From NCBI GenBank assembly GCA_048213135.1, contig PS015458.1, forward strand, positions 1 to 40,476: 40,476 nucleotides of DNA, given 5' to 3'. This document shows, in pieces, positions 34,087 through 40,476 of the stretch. A program made the translations under genes and the position numbers. Under the pieces are notes generated by a model. That model was not told where the DNA came from and searched no databases. It saw only the letters and a list, made by a program, of their open reading frames with translations. This stretch comes from Reclinomonas americana ATCC 50394 (Eukaryota). Position 1 is the first letter of the stretch; every line of letters starts with the position of its first letter.

Positions 34087-34269
34087 ATGAGTGGCCGCAA
34101 CGCTCCGAAGAAGTTCGTTCCACCGTCGAAGCCAATCGTGCGCGCACCAGCCACTCCTATCGTGCAGCGGCTGCCACCACCGCCGCCTCCACAGCCAAAC
34201 TTCCCGTTCACCAAAGCAGGTCTCATTGCTGGCGCAATCTGCGCCGCCGCGGATGTGCTGTTCAAGTGA
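34087..34269 (+). CDS. Putative 60-aa Pro-rich microprotein (paralog B)
   Basis: MSGRNAPKKFVPPSKPIVRAPATPIVQRLPPPPPPQPNFPFTKAGLIAGAICAAADVLFK*; homologous to the ORF at 33390. Confidence 0.55.
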   Translation: MSGRNAPKKFVPPSKPIVRAPATPIVQRLPPPPPPQPNFPFTKAGLIAGAICAAADVLFK

Positions 34270-34281
34270 TGGTGCTGTTGC

Positions 34282-34319
<38 letters not shown>

Positions 34320-34536
34320 TCTCTCTCGCGACTCTCTCGCGCATATCCCTCGTCCTTCCGTCGTACGTACGTACGTAACGTAAAGTAAGTAGTACGTACG
34401 TACGTTCCGTCCGTCCGTCNNNNNNNNNNNNNNNNNNNNCGGTACGTTCCTACTTAGTCGTCGGTCGGCGAACTACTCGTCGCCGCCCGCCGGACGTAGT
34501 TGTCGTCGTTCGTAACGTAGTAGTGTGTCGTCGTTG

Positions 34537-34577
<41 letters not shown>

Positions 34578-35212
34578 TCTCATCCGCGAACTCCTCTGCG
34601 CATATGCATGCGCTTGCCTTCCTGACGATCGTGAAAAATGTATGACCACGTTTGCCCGCTGCGTACCACTGTGCACACACGATCAATCGTATCTCAGCAA
34701 GTTCGACGCATGCGTCTTGCGAGAGAGCTGTGCGCAGAGAGTCACTATGGACTGGCTGCTTATCGAAAATAGGCGTGCACGAGTGTACACTTTGCCGCGA
34801 CACTGCATGCGCACGCGCAGTTATTATGACGCCGACGGAACATCCTCACACAACGCACACTTGCAGTCGAAGAGAAACACTACATGACTGTGTGCATCCA
34901 GTGGCGTAGCAGGCAAGTGAATACAGGCAGACCTTGGTGACAGCTAGATCTCAATTCTGTATTGTCCGCGGCTCTGCTTTCTGCAAATCACGTTGACACA
35001 AGGAACCCTCGCTTGTCACGACACTGCGGCTGTAATTGCCGCACATCTGTACCAGCAAGGCTCGCCAGACTGGCTCTGTGAACATCAAACATGCCTAGGC
35101 CTGGATTATTTTTCCACGCTCTTCTTCTTTTCATTGTTGTCGGACAAAGAGAGTGGTAGAGCAGACAAGCAGAGTGAGCAGAGGAAGAAAGACTCGCTAC
35201 TGTCACACCGCC

Positions 35213-38200
35213 ATGTCCACGCACGGATCACCATCACGTGAGTCGCGTGATGACACAGGAGGTGCGTCGCATTGCTTCTTCAGTGTTTGTTTTTCAGTGA
35301 TTTCTGATCTGCGTTGCGTGTGCGATCACAGCAAGCGCAGCAGCTCTCTCCTCACCGGGCGGCAGCCAGCCGCGCAGTACCAACACTGACGAGTTCACTG
35401 GTGTCTCTCCGCACTGGCGTGCGCCCCCCATTGGTGAGCTCGAGCGTGATCCCAACGCCGCCAAACCACTGTCACCACCGCAGCGAGTTCTTCGATATCT
35501 CTCACACTGCGCTGCGTGTGACACGTTGCAGCTCCACCGAGTCCATCGAGCCCCCATCACCAGCCACAATCGCCCACCGTTCGCCGATACATGGTGCGAC
35601 GCTCGTATCGTTCTTCTTGCTGCTTGCATGCATACTTGTGTGTTCTCACTCTCGCTCATGACACTTGTAGGAGGCCAGTTACGACGACGACGACGACACC
35701 AGTACCATCCCCGAGGGATACCGATCACCGAAGATCGTGCCGAAAGATGCTCCCAACAGCAGCTTCATCACTGCCGAAGGCGGACTGTCGCCCACGCGCA
35801 TCGCATTCATGCATATGGAGCACCAGCAATACTCCGATGTCCACACTGCGGTGCGTACGACTCCCCCTCTTTCACAGGTGCACGATCGCTGATGTGAGAG
35901 CGCAGTTGTTGGACGCTGCGTCAGTCAAGTCGCAGATGAAGGGCTGCTGTACGAGAGAGGTTCTCTGTCCGCTTCCCTGTTTGTGCTGCAACTGCCGTTG
36001 CTGCACGAGCCCTTCAGCGGAGGAGGAGCAACAACAAGTTCCTACAGCGTATGAAGTGTTTACACTGCTCCTCCGCATTCTGCGCTTCTTCAAACCGGAG
36101 GGATGGCTCATCATCATCGCCATCATGGTCAGCTGCACCACAGTGGCGCTCTCACAAGTCGAAATCAAGCTCCTCGGCAATATCGTGACATCGGTGCAAG
36201 TATTGCTGCAGACCGTAGATGATCCAGGGTATGGCACTTATTACCCCCTCTTGCAATACATGCATTTGTTCAAAAATCTTATTTCTCGCTTTCGGCGCAG
36301 TCATCGAGAGGATGTCGACTGGTACCCCATCCGATACGACCTCTTCATGTGGGTGATTGTCATGTCACTGAACCAGATCCTCACGCAAGTCGGCGTCTTG
36401 CTCTTCCGCAGTACGCACAACAAGGTGAGGGAGCAGGAAACAAGTGCAGCGAACACGGGATTGACAAGGAAGCTTTCCTTCTCTGTTCTCCGCTCTTCTA
36501 CATCTAGATCTCGTACTGAATGCCTTATTCTCAACATCGATAATGCACTGTAAAGAGCACTGTTGTAGAAGGAAAGCACACGAGACTTGTTGGCGATCAC
36601 TAGCAGATGCTCATTGTTNNNNNNNNNNNNNNNNNNNNATTTCCTTCATTATTGCCATGTGCTTCCACTGCTCAAGACTCCTCAATCGGTATTTGTGTGT
36701 TCTCCTGGCCCATCCACACCGCTTGTTGGTGTTGTTGGTCCGTCTCCTCGTGTTCTCTTCCTGCCACTTTCTCGTTTTGTGTCCATCTCCGTCTTCGCTT
36801 TCACTCCCCCATCGTTGAATCCTTCTCCCTCACTAACTCTCTCTCTCTCCTCAGATTATTCTTCGTGCACGCTGCCGTTTGATGGACGTGCTGTTGTGCC
36901 AACCAATGTCGTTCTTCCAGACGGCACAACAGGGAGACTTGCTGTCACGACTGTTGCGTGGACGTAATTGTAATCTGCTGCTCTTCGTGATGACACCGAC
37001 GACACTGTTGATAATTTGCGCACACAGCATCACCAACATGGAGCAGCTGTGTGGCATTCCGAGCGCCCTGTTCTCATTCCTGCAGCCGATCTTCCTCTTC
37101 ATCACCAGCAGCATCCTCATGTTTAATCTTTACCCGGCGCTGACACTGGTGCGCAGCCGCATCACACATGCACTCTTCGCATCATCCACACACTCACCAT
37201 GCAGCACAGGGCTACTACGGCGTCTTCATCGTTCAGGTAGTGACCTCGGTGTACGAAGGCCGGTTGCTTGGCACTCGCAGCAAGGTCTGTGGCGCACAGT
37301 GTTGTCTCGCGAGCGCGAGTGACTGCATTAATTATCAACTTACTCACGCTCTCTCTCTGTCTCTCATGCTGCGCAGTTGTACTATGATGTTCTGTTACCC
37401 ACGCTTGCCATCGCACGCACATACTCCCATTCGTCGATGCTGACGGTGTGATTCCATGTGCAGACACAAGGTTCCATGACGAATGTGGCCGACGACATCT
37501 TGCGTCGCATTCGTGGCATTCGCAGTTGCGGGCGACAGCAGACCGAGTCGAATCGGTACTACGGCAGCTGCCGCGAGCACTACTACGTGGAGACGAGCAT
37601 GCTCAACGTCTCCATGGTCTGCTGACAGTAATGGCTTGCTCTCTGTTGCAGCTGTCGCAACTCATGCTGTGCTGAACAGTCATTCAATGTGGTCACCATG
37701 GTGGTTACCGGATTCATTGGGGCGTTCAGTCAGTTTGTGCTCACTTGGTCCGTGCTGCGTGCGGCAATCACCCTGGGCGATCAGACAGCCTACGGAGGTG
37801 AGTCTTGCCGCATTTCATGTGGTGCAAACTGCCTCCTCACTGTGATATTCAGCAATCTCGACGTCTGCATTGCACGCGGTGCAAACCTCCAGCGATTCAT
37901 ACTCGTCACTCATGCAGCAGCTCGGTGGTGTGGAGGACATCTTCAACCTGATGATGACAGCTCCAGGCGATGGAGTGAGTGAATTATTCAGTGGTAACTA
38001 GAGATAGATGACTGTTTCGTATATTGTTGGTGTGCCAAGGTCATTGTCGGCAAGATCTAGAGATTTGTGGCATTGTGTATTGTTGTGGTCTCTGACTTGT
38101 GTTTGCTGTTTGTGCGCACAGGAGGGCATTCCGGGAGTGACAAACATGGAGGCCACTGCACCGATTCCGCGCTCAGCCACTGGCCGTGTGAACAAGCCGA

Positions 38201-39048
38201 AGAGTCCCAAGGCAGCCATTCCACAGGCCGGAGAGCCGATCATTGTGATGCGCGATGTTTCGTACTCGTACGTCGTCCACAACAATGGCGCTTTCGGCTA
38301 CGGCGATTATGACGACGACGATGACGATGAAGAAGAAGAAGAAGCAGATGCCGGAACACGCCAGCAATTCCAGGTACGTAGCAGCAGCGTGCAACCGGCA
38401 AGCACGAGCACTTGTACAAATTCGCGCTTGTGCCAGATTTTGAATCGAGTGTCGCTCACGATCCGTGCCGGTGATCGAGTGGTGATAAGTGGCCCGAGCG
38501 GCGGCGGCAAGTCCACACTCGTCTGCCTCTTCATGCGGTACTACCTCGTATCCAGCGGCTTCCTGAGTCTCGCCGGGCACACGCTGTCGTCAACAGTTGC
38601 GTCAAACACAACAACAGTGTCAGCAGCAGCTCACCACTGCCCCTCTTGACCTCACGAACGCAGATGAGTGGCTCGGAGGTCCGACAGCTGCGCCGGCGTA
38701 TCTCATTCGTGCAACAAATGTCGGCGGAGCCATTCCTCCTCAGGGCCACCATTCGCGACAATATCGTGTACGGCACTCCTCCCGAGGACCGAGTGCCGAC
38801 ACTCGCCGCCGTTCGTCGTGCAGCGCAACTGGCCTCCATCGACCAGGACATTATGCAGATGAGTGACGGGTACAACACTCTGCTGGACGTCTCCGTGGCC
38901 AGCCAGGGTGGCAGCTTGAGTCCCGGGCAGCAGCAGCGGTGAGTGTGTGTGAGGGGTGGGAGAGAGAAGAGAGGGAAGAGTTGGATGGAGGGAGAGATGG
39001 GAGTGCAAACCAAGTGCCTTCAACAACAACAACAACAACAACAACAAC

Positions 39049-39080
<32 letters not shown>

Positions 39081-39742
39081 CAATTCCTTCGCCAACAAAC
39101 AAGCAACAGCTGTCTTGATGACCAAATCCAACTGAATCCAAGCATCAACACAAACACCAGTCCTGAGACTGCAGCAGGTTTCTTGTGTGAGTATGTGCTC
39201 TTTCATCATCGTCAGAGACGAGCACAGCAGTAGCGAGTCGTATTGCCCATAGGTGTGGTGACAGTGAGCGACTTGCAGCTCACTTCTTGGTGACCACACA
39301 GCATTGCACTGGCACGAGCGTTTGTGCGCGAGGCACCCATCCTCATCCTCGACGAGCCTACGAGTGGCCTGGACCCAGTCAACTCGGCGCAAGTGTATGC
39401 CGCGCTTGAGTCGGTGAGTTGTCTGCTGCATGCAAGGATCTTCATCAGTCTGAACTCGCGCCGTGTGCACAGTACTGCAACGCCACCGGCGCCACACTAC
39501 TAATGATCTCTCACAATCGCGTCCCCGCCTCACTGTGCGACTACGTGCTGCGAGTGGGCGACGGACAAGTCCGCCGACTCGAACCGCACGAAGCCGACCT
39601 GGTCGAACCGGCCGCGGGCGAGGCGGCGCCCAACGAAACGCACACCAATAGAGAAGTCGTGAATGCGGCCGCAGCACGACATGCAGACCAGCACCGTGAA
39701 AGGATGCCCGGAGCGGTGCCGGATAGTGAATTCGAGGAGTAA
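35213..39742 (+). CDS. ABCB-family half transporter (TMD-NBD)
   Basis: About 15 introns. TMD: ILRFFKPEGWLIIIAI, LLCQPMSFFQTAQQGDLLSRL, IRGIRSCG. NBD: Walker A GPSGGGKST, Q-loop ISFVQQ, TIRDNIVYG, signature LSPGQQQRIALARA, Walker B ILILDEPTSGLD, H-loop ISH. Stop TAA at 39742. The start exon and the region around gap 36619-36638 are tentative. Confidence 0.93.
36516..36618 (+). repeat. Dispersed ~100-bp repeat, copy 2 (ABC-transporter intron, runs into N gap)
   Basis: Aligns to 30898-31005 in the same orientation. Confidence 0.9.
39021..39082. repeat. Intronic (CAA)n/(CAC)n microsatellite
   Basis: Inside the intron that splits QQQR|IALARA. Confidence 0.9.
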
Positions 39743-40220
39743 TAAAGTTGACGACGACTGCGATGCAGGTTAACGTTGTCAGTTCTGCAAGCTTCTCTTC
39801 AGCTGTGTTGCTGTTCGCATTGGTAAAGCTGTTGTTGTTGTTGGCTTCGTCATTGTCGCCACGCGCCACCTGCACTCCTCCTCCGCTGCGGTCACGTCTC
39901 GGCTCGTACGCGTGTGCTGTTAGACACGAATGACCTCTCGACTCCTCCTCCACGCCCTCACTCAAACAACAACAACTCCTCTGCCAATGTCTGCGTCTTC
40001 TCGTGCAGACGTCGACATGATGATCATCGACAACACTCCTTTTTTCATCTTCTTCTCCATGCATGGTTGGCACTCAATGATCTCTCTCATTCAGGTGCAC
40101 GTCCTGCACAGCTGCCTCTCTCTCTCTCTCTCTCTCACTGGCTTTCAAGGGCACAAAGCGAGCCAGTTTTGTCCTTTGTGTGTGTGTGTGTTGTTTTGTG
40201 TGTGCAAAGCAAGCCGAGTG

Positions 40221-40278
40221 ATGAAGGCTGTGGTGTTTATCGCTCTGCTCATTGTGGCATGCGCCACTGTGGTTGCTG
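40221..40278 (+). CDS. First exon (signal peptide) of a secreted protein continuing beyond the window
   Basis: ATG...MKAVVFIALLIVACATVVA followed by a G|GTGAGA donor. Confidence 0.6.
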
Positions 40279-40476
40279 GTGAGAGAGAGAGAGAGAGTGT
40301 GTGTGTGAGAGTGAGAGAGAGAGAGTCGTGCGTGTCCGCAAGTTGCACACTCGTCATGCAGCCAACCAGTGAGACACACGCACGCACACACAGCAACCGC
40401 TCTCCACATGTGCGCACGCGTGTGTGTGCGTGTGCGTGAGAGAGAGAGAGCGAGTGACAGTGACTCCCGACTCAGA

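Noticed and set aside
34345-34535. GTAC/CGTA-rich palindromic arrays flanking a gap
   Set aside because: The pattern at contig ends is typical of low-quality pyrosequencing read tails (TACG flow order); probably an artefact.
37525-38265. A|GTTGCGG (~37525) and T|GTTTCGT (~38257) as further shifted donors
   Set aside because: Both lie in conserved coding sequence (IRSCG, RDVSYSY) that reads through in frame. The motif alone does not make a splice site, so they were not counted.
38943-39233. Poly-Gln/His ORF
   Set aside because: A (CAA)n microsatellite inside the intron splitting the ABC signature region.
1-40476. Alternative genetic code, selenocysteine, tRNA/rRNA/snRNA genes, CRISPR arrays, transposase or reverse-transcriptase ORFs
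   Set aside because: No in-frame stops remain after splicing, and TAA, TAG and TGA all end genes. No such RNA genes, arrays or TE proteins were recognisable by eye; a covariance-model search was not possible.

Overview
Draft assembly (several N gaps) of an intron-dense eukaryotic genome, most likely a protist; the organism cannot be identified from the sequence. The standard genetic code fits every gene traced. Introns are mostly ~55-90 nt GT-AG, some expanded by GA/CA/CCT microsatellites. All gene models were spliced by hand. In order: 3' part of a Cys-rich, probably GPI-anchored surface protein (+); an intronless secreted repeat protein (-); an aldo-keto reductase (-); a UBA-like/coiled-coil/ubiquitin-like protein (-); a large TmcB/TmcC-like TM-TPR-3xPAS-class III cyclase gene whose cyclase lacks both metal-binding Asp (-); canonical poly(A) polymerase (+); a coiled-coil protein resembling CENP-U/Ame1 (-), head-to-head with a SNAPC4-like Myb gene (+); an MPPED-like metallophosphoesterase (-); a class 3 lipase (+); two tandem paralogous Pro-rich small ORFs (+); an ABCB-type half transporter (+); and the signal-peptide exon of a further gene (+). 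The main result concerns splicing. 26 traced introns, roughly a quarter of the ~100 I followed (approximate count), use a 1-nt-shifted donor GTT(G/T)CGT with the conserved G at +6 rather than +5. All 26 follow an exon ending in A, C or T, never G. The lipase also appears to need a 2-nt microexon.
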